Source: Deltaproteobacteria bacterium
GTDB lineage: Bacteria > Myxococcota_A > Polyangia > Fen-1088
Length of the DNA stretch: 64,000 bases
Assembly: GCA_033763315.1 (NCBI GenBank)
Contig: JANRKS010000009.1
Span: 320,001 to 384,000, forward strand
Direction of reading: 5' to 3'
In this document: one piece after another, positions 22,185-30,763 of the stretch
Numbering within the stretch: position 1 is the stretch's first letter
Layout: each line of letters opens with the position of its first letter
Notes under the pieces: model-generated
What the model was told of the DNA's origin: nothing
Database searches by the model: none
The model's input: only the letters and a program-made list of their open reading frames with translations
Position numbers and translations under genes: made by a program

Positions 22185-24442
22185 ACGCCCAGCACGAATC
22201 CGGGGTACAAGCGGACGGTGGTGTCGCCGTCACGGTAAACCTTCTCAAGCACCCCGAGCCCGGCCTTGTAGTCCATCTTGTTCCAAGACGTTTCCACGTT
22301 GAATGTGGGGCCGAGGGTAAGCGCGAAGTGCTTCGCGACGGAATAACCCAAAACCGCGCGCAAAGTGCCAAGCGTGCTGTCGCGCTCGCCATAGTCGGAA
22401 CTGTTGCCCATCTGCGTGCCGACCACATCGAGATCCACCCACATCGGCCCGCCTGGTGGCGTGATGTGAAAACCAAGACCCAAGTGTGTGCTGTACGTTT
22501 GGCGATCATCGTCGCCCTTGGTGATGCCGCCGCCCAACACAGTGTAGAAGTGTCGCGCGCCGAGTTTCAGGCTCACGTTCGTGCGGCTCGTGTCGCTCGT
22601 ATAGAACGAGAGGCCGTGGTAGCCGTCCCTTACAAAAGGAATGATGCCCACCGAAGCGCCTTCCATAGAATTGGCAACATTCACAACGCCAATCTGCGTG
22701 CCTTTGACTTTTGAGGCCACGTTGACGACGCCAATTTGTGCACCCGTGACAGTGCCACCGATGTTAACCACGCCCATCTGGAGGCTGCCGTCAAGAACGC
22801 CTGCCAGGTTGACGACACCCGCTTGGAACCCCTTGAACTCACCGCGGTTGACGTTTATCACCGCCGGCGCAAAGCCCACGAACTTGCCGCTGTTGTAATT
22901 GATGACGGCCGCTTGCACGCCTTTGAAGTCACCCTCAGACCAATTGAACATCGCGGCCTGCACGCCCGTGAAAGCGCCATGCGATACGTTCAACAGCGCT
23001 CCCGTTTGCAAACCGTAAAAGCCACCCAAGGCCATGTTGACGCCAGATGAGAACTGCGCACCCCTGCCATAGCCGCGTGACAGGTTAAGTCCTGTGGCGA
23101 ATTGGGCGCCATGCATTTCGCCTTCAACGATGTTGCCGCCCAGCGATAGCTGCACCCCGCGCAGTTCGTCTGAATGGCCAAGCAGGCCCAAAACAAACCT
23201 GTGGCGCACCTTTTGTTCGGGATGCCCAGACAGACGCACGCCCGGGGCTGCGACCAGATCGAAAGCCACATCGCGCAGCGGCTGCGCTTCGGATTCACCA
23301 TCACCGCGTAAGGTCGCCACAAACGAAGTGGTGGGCGCAAAGTCGTTCTGTGCCAGCTGACGGCGCTTGCCTTTTTCGAGCGTCACGTTGGTTTCAAAAG
23401 GACGGCCATCGGCATCAAGCAGCACACGGTACGTGCCTGGGCCGAGGCCGAGTTCCACGGGATAAACAGGCTCTTTGCGCAACTCAACCAACAGGCGCCC
23501 GGCGGCGTCTCGCACGTAGATGCGTCCAGAGAGCGTTTCGTTGAGCACCAACGTGGCGTCGGTGGCGCGCAGATCCGTCATCACCAGATCGCCCGTGCCA
23601 GCGAGTTGAATGTCGTACGCAGCATGTTGAGCGCCCGCGTGGCTCTTTTCTGTGCGGCGCAGGGTTTCGTCGTAAGCGAACTGATACGCTTCACCCAACG
23701 TCACCTTGCCGTCGCGGCTGCTGTCGGCGGCGCCGCGCAAACCAGAAACCAAATAATGTGTGAAGAAGGCCGCTCCCACGCGGTCTGATTCTTGGGCCGA
23801 TTCATCGGCGGAGCTGGCCGTTAAGAACGCGTGGCCACGAGCGTCGCTGCTGACGTCTGCAAGGAACGGCGCGCGCATGGCGCCGCCCTTGAGGCGAATC
23901 ATGGCGCCCGACGAACATGAATCCAAAATGGCGATGCGTACGTCGGCGCCCAAATCTTGAATCCACTGGCGAAGCTCGCGGTACGTGATGCGGTCGCTGC
24001 CCAGCAACAGGCCCTCTTCGTCAGAGTGGCCCGAGTAATACACGAACAATTCTTTGCGCGTGCCGGGTGCCTGCGCTTCTTGCAAGCGTGTGCGCAGCTT
24101 ATCAAAGCCGATCTCCACACTGGTGCGGTTGGCGTTTGGCAACATGATGAGATCGCGCGGATCCAATCCGCCCAATTGCATGAGCACATCCGACATGGCC
24201 TTGGCGTCAGAGTTGGCAAAGCGCAATTGTGCGCGGCTGCCACCGCCATTGTTTGAGGAAGCGATGAGCGCGTACCGACGCAGGTGCGATGATGGTGCAT
24301 GCGCATCGGCAAGCGCCGCGCGATCGACGAGGCAAAGCAGCGCAACGACGATCGCAAAAGCCAGAAGCAGACGTGCGATGAACAGCGACAGCGCTTGCGA
24401 TGCAAAGGCGGGCGCGCGAACAACGGTGCGAGAAGGCATCAC
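22175..24442 (-). CDS. Exported caspase-like (C14) peptidase with Ig-like linker, GxQ repeats and predicted C-terminal outer-membrane beta-barrel
   Basis: Hydrophobic signal peptide; YYSGH and ILDSC catalytic dyad; AQESD, FFTHYLVSGLRGAAD; about 12 GxQ...N repeats; amphipathic strands ending GFVLGVQI. Confidence 0.85.
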   Translation of the reverse strand: MMPSRTVVRAPAFASQALSLFIARLLLAFAIVVALLCLVDRAALADAHAPSSHLRRYALIASSNNGGGSRAQLRFANSDAKAMSDVLMQLGGLDPRDLIMLPNANRTSVEIGFDKLRTRLQEAQAPGTRKELFVYYSGHSDEEGLLLGSDRITYRELRQWIQDLGADVRIAILDSCSSGAMIRLKGGAMRAPFLADVSSDARGHAFLTASSADESAQESDRVGAAFFTHYLVSGLRGAADSSRDGKVTLGEAYQFAYDETLRRTEKSHAGAQHAAYDIQLAGTGDLVMTDLRATDATLVLNETLSGRIYVRDAAGRLLVELRKEPVYPVELGLGPGTYRVLLDADGRPFETNVTLEKGKRRQLAQNDFAPTTSFVATLRGDGESEAQPLRDVAFDLVAAPGVRLSGHPEQKVRHRFVLGLLGHSDELRGVQLSLGGNIVEGEMHGAQFATGLNLSRGYGRGAQFSSGVNMALGGFYGLQTGALLNVSHGAFTGVQAAMFNWSEGDFKGVQAAVINYNSGKFVGFAPAVINVNRGEFKGFQAGVVNLAGVLDGSLQMGVVNIGGTVTGAQIGVVNVASKVKGTQIGVVNVANSMEGASVGIIPFVRDGYHGLSFYTSDTSRTNVSLKLGARHFYTVLGGGITKGDDDRQTYSTHLGLGFHITPPGGPMWVDLDVVGTQMGNSSDYGERDSTLGTLRAVLGYSVAKHFALTLGPTFNVETSWNKMDYKAGLGVLEKVYRDGDTTVRLYPGFVLGVQI
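22640..23170 (-). repeat. About 12 tandem 14-16 aa repeats (LA_2272-like, probable beta-helix) inside the caspase gene
   Basis: e.g. ELRGVQLSLGGN, EMHGAQFATGLN, DFKGVQAAVIN, TVTGAQIGVVN, KVKGTQIGVVN; coordinates approximate. Confidence 0.8.
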
Positions 24443-25218
24443 TGTGGGTCCTTTTTGAAGGTCACTTGGAAGCTGGTGGTGTCGGCAGGCAACGCCGCGC
24501 CCGTTTGCAGCGCGGTTGTGATGGTTTGCGATTCAAACGGCGTGGGCGAAAGCACCAGCCAAAACCGTTCAAACCCTTTGGAGTTATCCAACTCGTAGGC
24601 GTTGGGAAGGCGGTTTTCACCGTTGGTTTGCAACGTGGGTGCGCGCCCAGGCACCGAAGGAAGATGCAGCGTGGTGGTGTTCGCTGCGTCGATGGACACG
24701 ATCACGCCATAAGGGGCTGCCGCGCCTTGGGCGTTGGGGGGGACCACGTAAGCCACTTGCAGCACGTCGCCTGGGTGAACAACATCTTGCGCGGTTAGGC
24801 GTTCAGGTGCGCCTTCGCGTTTGCGATAGACGACGAGGTGAGGCTTGGCGCCTTTGATGTTGATTGTTTCTTCGCCCACGTCAGTCACCAAGGTGGTGGT
24901 TGAGCGTGGCGCCACAGCGATGAGGACCAGTGCACCCACAGCGCCGAGCGCGAGGGCCGGTAAGACGAACGGGCGCCGCGCGGGCTTGTTCGTTTGTTGA
25001 CCGGATCGACGACGGATTTCGTTCGCCATCCAGTGCGGTGGGTGACGGGAGAAGATCTCGTCGTCTGACTTGGCCAAGTTTTCCATGGCTGCGGCGAGGC
25101 CGCCTGGTTGTTGTTCAAGTCGTTGCCGTAACTCTTCTGCCTGAGCTTGCGGCAATTCGCCTTTGGCCAGACGTTCAAGCAGATATTGCGGCACGGGCGT
25201 GTGTTGGCGGTTTGTCAT
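24439..25218 (-). CDS. Putative single-pass membrane anti-sigma factor with extracytoplasmic Ig-like (DUF4384-like) domain
   Basis: N-terminal LLERLAKGEL helix, TM FVLPALALGAVGALVLIAV, C-terminal GDVLQVAY..IVSIDA..LHLP..LPNAYELD..GFERF; coupled to the sigma gene by TAATG. Confidence 0.75.
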   Translation of the reverse strand: MTNRQHTPVPQYLLERLAKGELPQAQAEELRQRLEQQPGGLAAAMENLAKSDDEIFSRHPPHWMANEIRRRSGQQTNKPARRPFVLPALALGAVGALVLIAVAPRSTTTLVTDVGEETINIKGAKPHLVVYRKREGAPERLTAQDVVHPGDVLQVAYVVPPNAQGAAAPYGVIVSIDAANTTTLHLPSVPGRAPTLQTNGENRLPNAYELDNSKGFERFWLVLSPTPFESQTITTALQTGAALPADTTSFQVTFKKDPQ

Positions 25219-25739
25219 TAATGCACCAAACTTGCGGGAAGGTCTGTGGCTGCCTCTTGTGGCAGACGTTCTTTGAGCACACGCAAACGCTTGCGCACAC
25301 CCGAAACGGAAAGCCCCACCTCCGCCGCCACCTCTTCCAAGGTCAATCGGTCCACGTAGTGCAAAACGGCGATGAGTTGCGTTGATGGAGGTGTGCCTGA
25401 AAACAGGCGCTGCAACACCCGGCGCCCCAGCGACAAGCTTTCACTGTCGCCGCCTTCGCCGAGCCCACTGATGTGGTGAAGCATCACGGTATCGGGATCG
25501 GTTTCGTGCTCGGGGTGCCGCTTCTCGGTCCGCAGCCGGTTGAGGCACACATTTGTGGCCGCTTTGAGCAGCAGCCCCGCGGGAGCTTCTTGGGTGAGTG
25601 TGTCTTGGCGACGCAGCATTACTACGAATGTGTCTTGCATGGCATCCAGGGCTTTCCCCTCGTCTTTGAGCAGGCGGCGACAGCGCCGCAGGACCATCGG
25701 TCCGAACTGCCTGTAGAGGTTTTCAACGTCGAGCGCCAT
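25218..25739 (-). CDS. ECF sigma factor
   Basis: Region 2 LYRQFGPMVLRRCRRLL..DAMQDTF..ATNVCLN; region 4 LTLEEVAAEVGLSVSGVRKRL; start MALDVE at 25739. Confidence 0.92.
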   Translation of the reverse strand: MALDVENLYRQFGPMVLRRCRRLLKDEGKALDAMQDTFVVMLRRQDTLTQEAPAGLLLKAATNVCLNRLRTEKRHPEHETDPDTVMLHHISGLGEGGDSESLSLGRRVLQRLFSGTPPSTQLIAVLHYVDRLTLEEVAAEVGLSVSGVRKRLRVLKERLPQEAATDLPASLVH

Positions 25740-25741
25740 TG

Positions 25742-25787
25742 GTGGGGTTCTTAACCTGAAACACCGGCGCGGAAAGAAAGTGTTACC
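25742..25787 (-). promoter_or_regulatory. Predicted ECF autoregulatory promoter (copy 1)
   Basis: Minus strand GGTAACA-ctttctttccg-CGCCGGTGTT-N12-CCCCAC; same blocks and spacing as 29410-29455. Confidence 0.75.
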
Positions 25788-25834
25788 GCGAAGATCAAAA
25801 AAATTTTGGCTCCACTGGCCCGGCGCGCTACGCG

Positions 25835-26902
25835 TCACGGGAGGACTTGGATGCTCATCTGTCGCCAGCCGGTGCCGCCACGCAGGTCGCGGACCACCAT
25901 CCACAGTGACACCATGCCGCCGGTGGCAGCCGGGGGAACGTCGGGCGCTGTGAACACGTTGTCGAACGTCTTTGTGAGGGCCGCGGCGGTGCGGTCGGAG
26001 CCCAGGGCACCCGCTGTGGCAAACCACGAGACGACGGGCTGCTCCTTCGTTTCGATGATTTCAAGCCGGCTGTCCTGCAAGGCCGACTCGATGCTTTGGT
26101 AAGGCTCAAACGCGCCCTCTGAAAGGGTGGGCAGCAAGCGCACCTTCTCCTTGGCCCTCATAACCAACGCGCCATCAACGGGCGCAAACGGGAGGCCTGC
26201 TGTGCTTCCGCGGGCAACGGACACGGAGGTGATCTGCGGGTTCTGGTTGGGCGTGCGCGGACGCACGGCAAGGCAACCTGGTACCGGTGCGTTTGCCTCA
26301 CATACCCGAAAGCCGAAAGTGGTCGACAGCTCGGGGTTCCACTGGGATAGGTCCAACGCGTTTAATGTCACGCGCTTTTGCACCGTCACAGTTTGCGGCC
26401 CGGCGTTCACAGTCAACACGGCCGACGGCCACGCCCCGTTGCCCAAGCCCATGGCCGAAGCGTCGAGGTGATAAGTGAACAGCTCTGCGGGCCACGCGGA
26501 AGCAAACGGGGCCACATCTTGCGCGCCGATGCCTTTGTCGGCCGCGGGCGTGCTTGTGCCCGTCATCGCCTGCGCAAACAGGGCGTCCAGCATGGGCCGC
26601 AGGGGCTGGGGCGCTTGATCACGAAGCGCCGGAAAGTTCGTGCACGCTTCGGCAGAATCCACCGGGCAGAACCGCCACGCGAAGGTCGCAGGCGCACCGC
26701 CGCGTGGATCGTCCACCAAGGCGGTGAACGTCACTTGCGGCGCGCTCCAGCCGGCTGTGCGATCGAACAGCACCTCCGGAGGCTCAGCCGCCACGGCCAA
26801 CACGCGCAGGTCTTTGACTTCGGTGGGCTTGTCGCTGGGCTCACCGCAGGCAGCCACAAGCGTCGCGCTGGCTAAGAGTGAGAAAATAAGTGGGGTTTTC
26901 AT
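25835..26902 (-). CDS. Lipoprotein partner of the TonB-dependent receptor
   Basis: Lipobox LVAAC; DLRVLAVAAEPPE, SWFATAG, VVRDLRGG; TGATG overlap with the receptor stop. Confidence 0.8.
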   Translation of the reverse strand: MKTPLIFSLLASATLVAACGEPSDKPTEVKDLRVLAVAAEPPEVLFDRTAGWSAPQVTFTALVDDPRGGAPATFAWRFCPVDSAEACTNFPALRDQAPQPLRPMLDALFAQAMTGTSTPAADKGIGAQDVAPFASAWPAELFTYHLDASAMGLGNGAWPSAVLTVNAGPQTVTVQKRVTLNALDLSQWNPELSTTFGFRVCEANAPVPGCLAVRPRTPNQNPQITSVSVARGSTAGLPFAPVDGALVMRAKEKVRLLPTLSEGAFEPYQSIESALQDSRLEIIETKEQPVVSWFATAGALGSDRTAAALTKTFDNVFTAPDVPPAATGGMVSLWMVVRDLRGGTGWRQMSIQVLP

Positions 26903-29397
26903 CAGATTTCACCTTTCACGCCCACGATGGGCAATACGGGCAGGCCACGAAGCTCGGTGCGCTCTGCATAACGGTAGTCGTATCCAACGGCCTCCACGGG
27001 ACGCCGGTTGTACGTGTTCATCACTTCCAAATAGCTGGTCAAGCTCCAGCCTTTGAAGTCCCAACGCTTGTCGAAGCGCAGGTCCAGGCGATGGAACGTA
27101 GGCAACCGTTCAGACGCACGCGCCACGGAGCCGTTTTGCACTTTATAGGTATCGCTATCAGCGTCGAAGTGGGAGCGGCCCTTCTCAAGTGGCGTTGTAG
27201 GGTTGCCAGATACGAGTTGGAAGCGGAAACCGAGTGACATCTTCCACGGCAATTGCCACGCGCCCACCGCCGTGAGGATGTGTGTTTGATCGAACGGCGA
27301 AAGATACGTGCTGGCCACTTTCGGCAGTTCATAAAGCCGGGCCGATCCTGGATCGACGCTGGCGTATTGGTTGATGCCGCCGAGCGTGGCCGTGCGATCT
27401 GTGCGCGTGGAGCGCGACAAGGTATACGCCACCCAGCCGTTGAAACGCCGGTGCTCGGCCGGGTTGCGCTTCACCATCAATTCAAGGCCATACGAATGCC
27501 CGCGGCCGTCGCTCTTGAACAGCACAGGCGTGGCCTTGCCATCTTTGTAGGTCACTTCATCTGTGGGCGAGGGCAGATTGGATCGCCACACATTGAACAC
27601 CTCGGCGCTTAGGTTCACGGCTTCGAGACTTCGTTCGGCGCCGCTCGTTATATGCACGGCTTTTTCAGCCGAAAGATTGGGCTGGCCAAAACCATCAACC
27701 ATCACGCCCGAAAAAAGATCGGGCAGTTTTTGGTAAACGCCGGCCGAGGCTTTCACCGATGTTTGCTCGTTGATTTGCCAGCGGCTCGCCAAGCGCGGCT
27801 GGAACGTGAAGCGTTCGGTGCTGTCGAAATCCAAGTGATCCACGCGCAAGCCAGGCGTCAAGGTCACATCGGGATGAGGGTTGACGACAAGCTCCGTCCA
27901 ATAGCCCTGGTGCAGATCTGTGTTGCCGTCCTTCCATGGGTCTTGTCGAGTGGGATCCACGATCAACGGCGATGGGTACGTGCGACCGAGGTTCGGCAGC
28001 TCGGTAATGAAGTCGGCGCTCCAATGGTAAAGCTGGCTGTCGATGCCGGCGCGCAACTTTATATAGGGGGAAAACGCATAGGTCGCAGTTTCTTTCCAGC
28101 TCAAGCTTGTGATCGTCACGCCCGAACGGTGTTGCGTATCGAGCTCTGCTGATTTGTCGCCGAAGTCCTGCTTCAGCAAGCCCGGCGTCAGCGCGGATTC
28201 AAGCGTTAGTTTGTTGCCAAAATACGTGTGCCGCACTTGCAAACGGTGAAATTGCACGCCGCCTGAGAGTGAGAAGTCAGCGTCTTCGGCTGATGTGGCA
28301 CGCACGACTTTAAGCGTGTCGCGGGCTCCAAAGGCAAAGATGTCCCAACGTTGGTGGGCGTCGTGGTGTTCAGCTTTGATCTGATAATCAAGGTAGGCGG
28401 GGGTCACGATGGTGGGGCTTTCACCGTCCTTGGCGGCCCCCTCAAGCAGTGCGGGCAAAAACGCATCCACGTAAGAACGGCGCCCGGCGAGCGCGAGCTT
28501 CCACGATCCCAGCGGCACGCACGTGAAGGCTTCTGCATCAATCGGATCGATCGAGGCCAGCGCGCGTGTGCGGTCGCAAGTTAACGGCTTGGTTTGCACA
28601 TCCACGATGCCCGCCGTGGCACGACCATACTGCGCGCCAAAGCCGCCTGGCATGAAGGTGATGCCACCTAAGAACTCAGCGTTGATCACCGACGTTAGGC
28701 CGCCGAAGTGATAAAGCAGCGGCACTTCAACACCATCGATGTACACGCCGCTATCAGCAGGGTTGGCCCCGCGCACGATTAACGCCCCACCAATCCCTCC
28801 GGGCGCGCGGTTCATACCGGGCAGGTTCTCGACCACGCGCACCGGATCGCCCATCGTCCCGGGCACCGTCTTGATTTCACTGTCCGTGAGCACGATCTCC
28901 GTGACTTCACGCTTGGGACGCGACGCTTTTGCCTTCACCTCGAACACCACCGCCTCGGCTTGTGTCAGGCGGTAGCGCACGGGCACGTCCACGTTGGCGT
29001 CGATTTGCACCTCACCGTCTTTCGGATCGTATTCACCGCTCATCACCAACACGCTGTGCGGGCCCGTACGCAAGGGACGCACCAACAGGTTGCCGTCGGC
29101 GTCGGTTTCACCGCGCGCGTCGCCGTCAATCATCACGGTTGCGCCGGGCACTGGCTCTCCCGTCTTCCCGTCAACGAGCGTCAGCCGCAAGCCGCCGTGC
29201 TGTTTGATCTGCACAGGCGGCGGTGGTGCCATTTCGGTTGGTGCGGCGGGCGTCGCCTCGGGCGGGGGCGAGGTTTCCGTGGGCGTGTCGGTTGGCCCTT
29301 CCGCTTGCGGCGGCGCGGGATCCTGTGCCAAGGCGGCGTGCGCCCAGGCAGGCAGGGCGAGCACGCAAGCGATCGTCAGTCTGATTGTCTTCTTCAT
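26902..29397 (-). CDS. TonB-dependent receptor with N-terminal carboxypeptidase-regulatory-like domain
   Basis: Signal peptide; plug PGTMGDPVRVVENLPG, VRG, YHFGG, GGFGAQYG; barrel motifs FQPRL, GWVAYTLS, DQTH, HRLDLRFD. Confidence 0.9.
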   Translation of the reverse strand: MKKTIRLTIACVLALPAWAHAALAQDPAPPQAEGPTDTPTETSPPPEATPAAPTEMAPPPPVQIKQHGGLRLTLVDGKTGEPVPGATVMIDGDARGETDADGNLLVRPLRTGPHSVLVMSGEYDPKDGEVQIDANVDVPVRYRLTQAEAVVFEVKAKASRPKREVTEIVLTDSEIKTVPGTMGDPVRVVENLPGMNRAPGGIGGALIVRGANPADSGVYIDGVEVPLLYHFGGLTSVINAEFLGGITFMPGGFGAQYGRATAGIVDVQTKPLTCDRTRALASIDPIDAEAFTCVPLGSWKLALAGRRSYVDAFLPALLEGAAKDGESPTIVTPAYLDYQIKAEHHDAHQRWDIFAFGARDTLKVVRATSAEDADFSLSGGVQFHRLQVRHTYFGNKLTLESALTPGLLKQDFGDKSAELDTQHRSGVTITSLSWKETATYAFSPYIKLRAGIDSQLYHWSADFITELPNLGRTYPSPLIVDPTRQDPWKDGNTDLHQGYWTELVVNPHPDVTLTPGLRVDHLDFDSTERFTFQPRLASRWQINEQTSVKASAGVYQKLPDLFSGVMVDGFGQPNLSAEKAVHITSGAERSLEAVNLSAEVFNVWRSNLPSPTDEVTYKDGKATPVLFKSDGRGHSYGLELMVKRNPAEHRRFNGWVAYTLSRSTRTDRTATLGGINQYASVDPGSARLYELPKVASTYLSPFDQTHILTAVGAWQLPWKMSLGFRFQLVSGNPTTPLEKGRSHFDADSDTYKVQNGSVARASERLPTFHRLDLRFDKRWDFKGWSLTSYLEVMNTYNRRPVEAVGYDYRYAERTELRGLPVLPIVGVKGEI

Positions 29398-29409
29398 GGT
29401 CCGTCCGAT

Positions 29410-29455
29410 GTGGGGATTCCTCCCAAGAACACCGGCGGATGAAAAAGCTGTTACC
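29410..29455 (-). promoter_or_regulatory. Predicted ECF-dependent promoter of the receptor-lipoprotein operon (copy 2)
   Basis: Minus strand GGTAACA-gctttttcatc-CGCCGGTGTT-N12-CCCCAC. Confidence 0.75.
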
Positions 29456-29530
29456 TAGAACTCAACGCCGTTAGAAGGTGCTGCCGACCCCGGAATAGGG
29501 GTTGCGTCCGGTGCTGGCTGAAGGGCGATG

Positions 29531-30013
29531 TCATGGAACGGACGTCTCTTCGAGGGCCGCCAGCAACCGCAGCAGCGTTGCATGCATGTGCTTCGCATCG
29601 GCGGTCCCAATCACGTTGCCTAGCTGCGCTTCAAGCTCGCCCAACATGGCCAAACCCATGAGCAGCCCCTTTTTCCCGCGTGCCGAAAACATCACCAACC
29701 GCGCGCGGCCATCGGCCGGATCCGCCACTTGCTCAAGCAGGCCCATTTCCACCAGCTCCTCCACCAATTGCCCCACGGCCTGCTTGCTGATACCCACACG
29801 TTCCGCCAAGACACCGGGCCGCGTTCCTTGCAGATCAATATGGGGGAACAAAGCTGTGTGTGAGGGCCGCACGTGTTGTTTGGTCCGTTTTTGCAAAAGT
29901 GCCAGCGCGCGCTCGTTGAGTAGACGCGCACACTTGAACAGCACCTGCGCCCAAGAAGCATTCTTGGCGACGGCAAGCGCGGCGGCAAACTCATCGGAAG
30001 GGGGGGCTGGCAT
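29531..30013 (-). CDS. MarR family transcriptional regulator
   Basis: LAERVGISKQAVGQLVEELVEMG, DPADGRA; ATG 30013 preferred over TTG 30022. Confidence 0.92.
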   Translation of the reverse strand: MPAPPSDEFAAALAVAKNASWAQVLFKCARLLNERALALLQKRTKQHVRPSHTALFPHIDLQGTRPGVLAERVGISKQAVGQLVEELVEMGLLEQVADPADGRARLVMFSARGKKGLLMGLAMLGELEAQLGNVIGTADAKHMHATLLRLLAALEETSVP

Positions 30014-30022
30014 ATGGTCCAA

Positions 30023-30064
30023 TAGTAAAGTGCACTTGACTAATTCGTCAAGTTTGCTTTACTA
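30023..30064. promoter_or_regulatory. Double MarR-type operator overlapping divergent promoters
   Basis: 42-bp dyad: TAGTAAAG/CTTTACTA and ACTTGAC/GTCAAGT share one centre; contains TTGAC -35 on both strands. Confidence 0.8.
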
Positions 30065-30069
30065 AACCC

Positions 30070-30759
30070 ATGCCTGCCACAACGCTTACGGAAATCGCAG
30101 ACGGTTTATGGGGCTTGGAGGATGAGTTGAGCCTGCCTGGTGGCGCGAAGCTGCCCGTCAGAGCCACCGTGGCCGCGCTGGGCGATGGCGGCCTCGCGAT
30201 CTACAGCCCCGTTGCGATGGCCGAACAGGCCGCCGCAGCGGTGGCAAAGCTGGGCCGTCTTCAATATGTGATCGCCCCTTCAGGCCTGCACCACCTTTAC
30301 GTGGCACCCACGCTCGCCAAGTTCCCCGAAGCCAAACTCTATGCATCGCCGGTGGTGGCGAAAAAACGCAAAGGCCTTCGCTTCGATGGCGTGCTGACCG
30401 ATGGGCTGCCGCCAGGGCTGGCCGCGGTGTTTTCCGCGCTGACGATCGAAGGCGCCCCTGCGGTTCAAGAAACGGTGATGGTGCACAATCCCACCGGTTC
30501 GCTGCTCGTTACGGATCTGTTATTCAACATCACGCACCCTCGCGGTTGGATGTCGAAGTTTGTTCTCGGCTGCACGGGCACCAACGGGCGCCTGGCGCAG
30601 AGCCGACTTTGGCAGTTTTACGGCAAAGACAAAGCAGCGCTGAAAACCAGCACGCAAAAGATGCTGGATCTGTCGTGGGACCGTCTGATTCCGTGCCACG
30701 GTGAAGTGTTGGCCACCGGCGCGAAGAACGCCGTGACCGCGGCTCTGCGCTGGAAGTGA
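30070..30759 (+). CDS. DUF4336-like metallo-beta-lactamase-fold protein
   Basis: IYSPV, IAPSGLHHLY, SLLVTDLLFN, LIPCHG. Confidence 0.75.
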   Translation: MPATTLTEIADGLWGLEDELSLPGGAKLPVRATVAALGDGGLAIYSPVAMAEQAAAAVAKLGRLQYVIAPSGLHHLYVAPTLAKFPEAKLYASPVVAKKRKGLRFDGVLTDGLPPGLAAVFSALTIEGAPAVQETVMVHNPTGSLLVTDLLFNITHPRGWMSKFVLGCTGTNGRLAQSRLWQFYGKDKAALKTSTQKMLDLSWDRLIPCHGEVLATGAKNAVTAALRWK

Positions 30760-30763
30760 AGCT

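Noticed and set aside
25740-26027. N-terminal extension of the ECF sigma in the ORF track
   Set aside because: Overlaps the lipoprotein gene and the promoter motif; real start is most likely 25739
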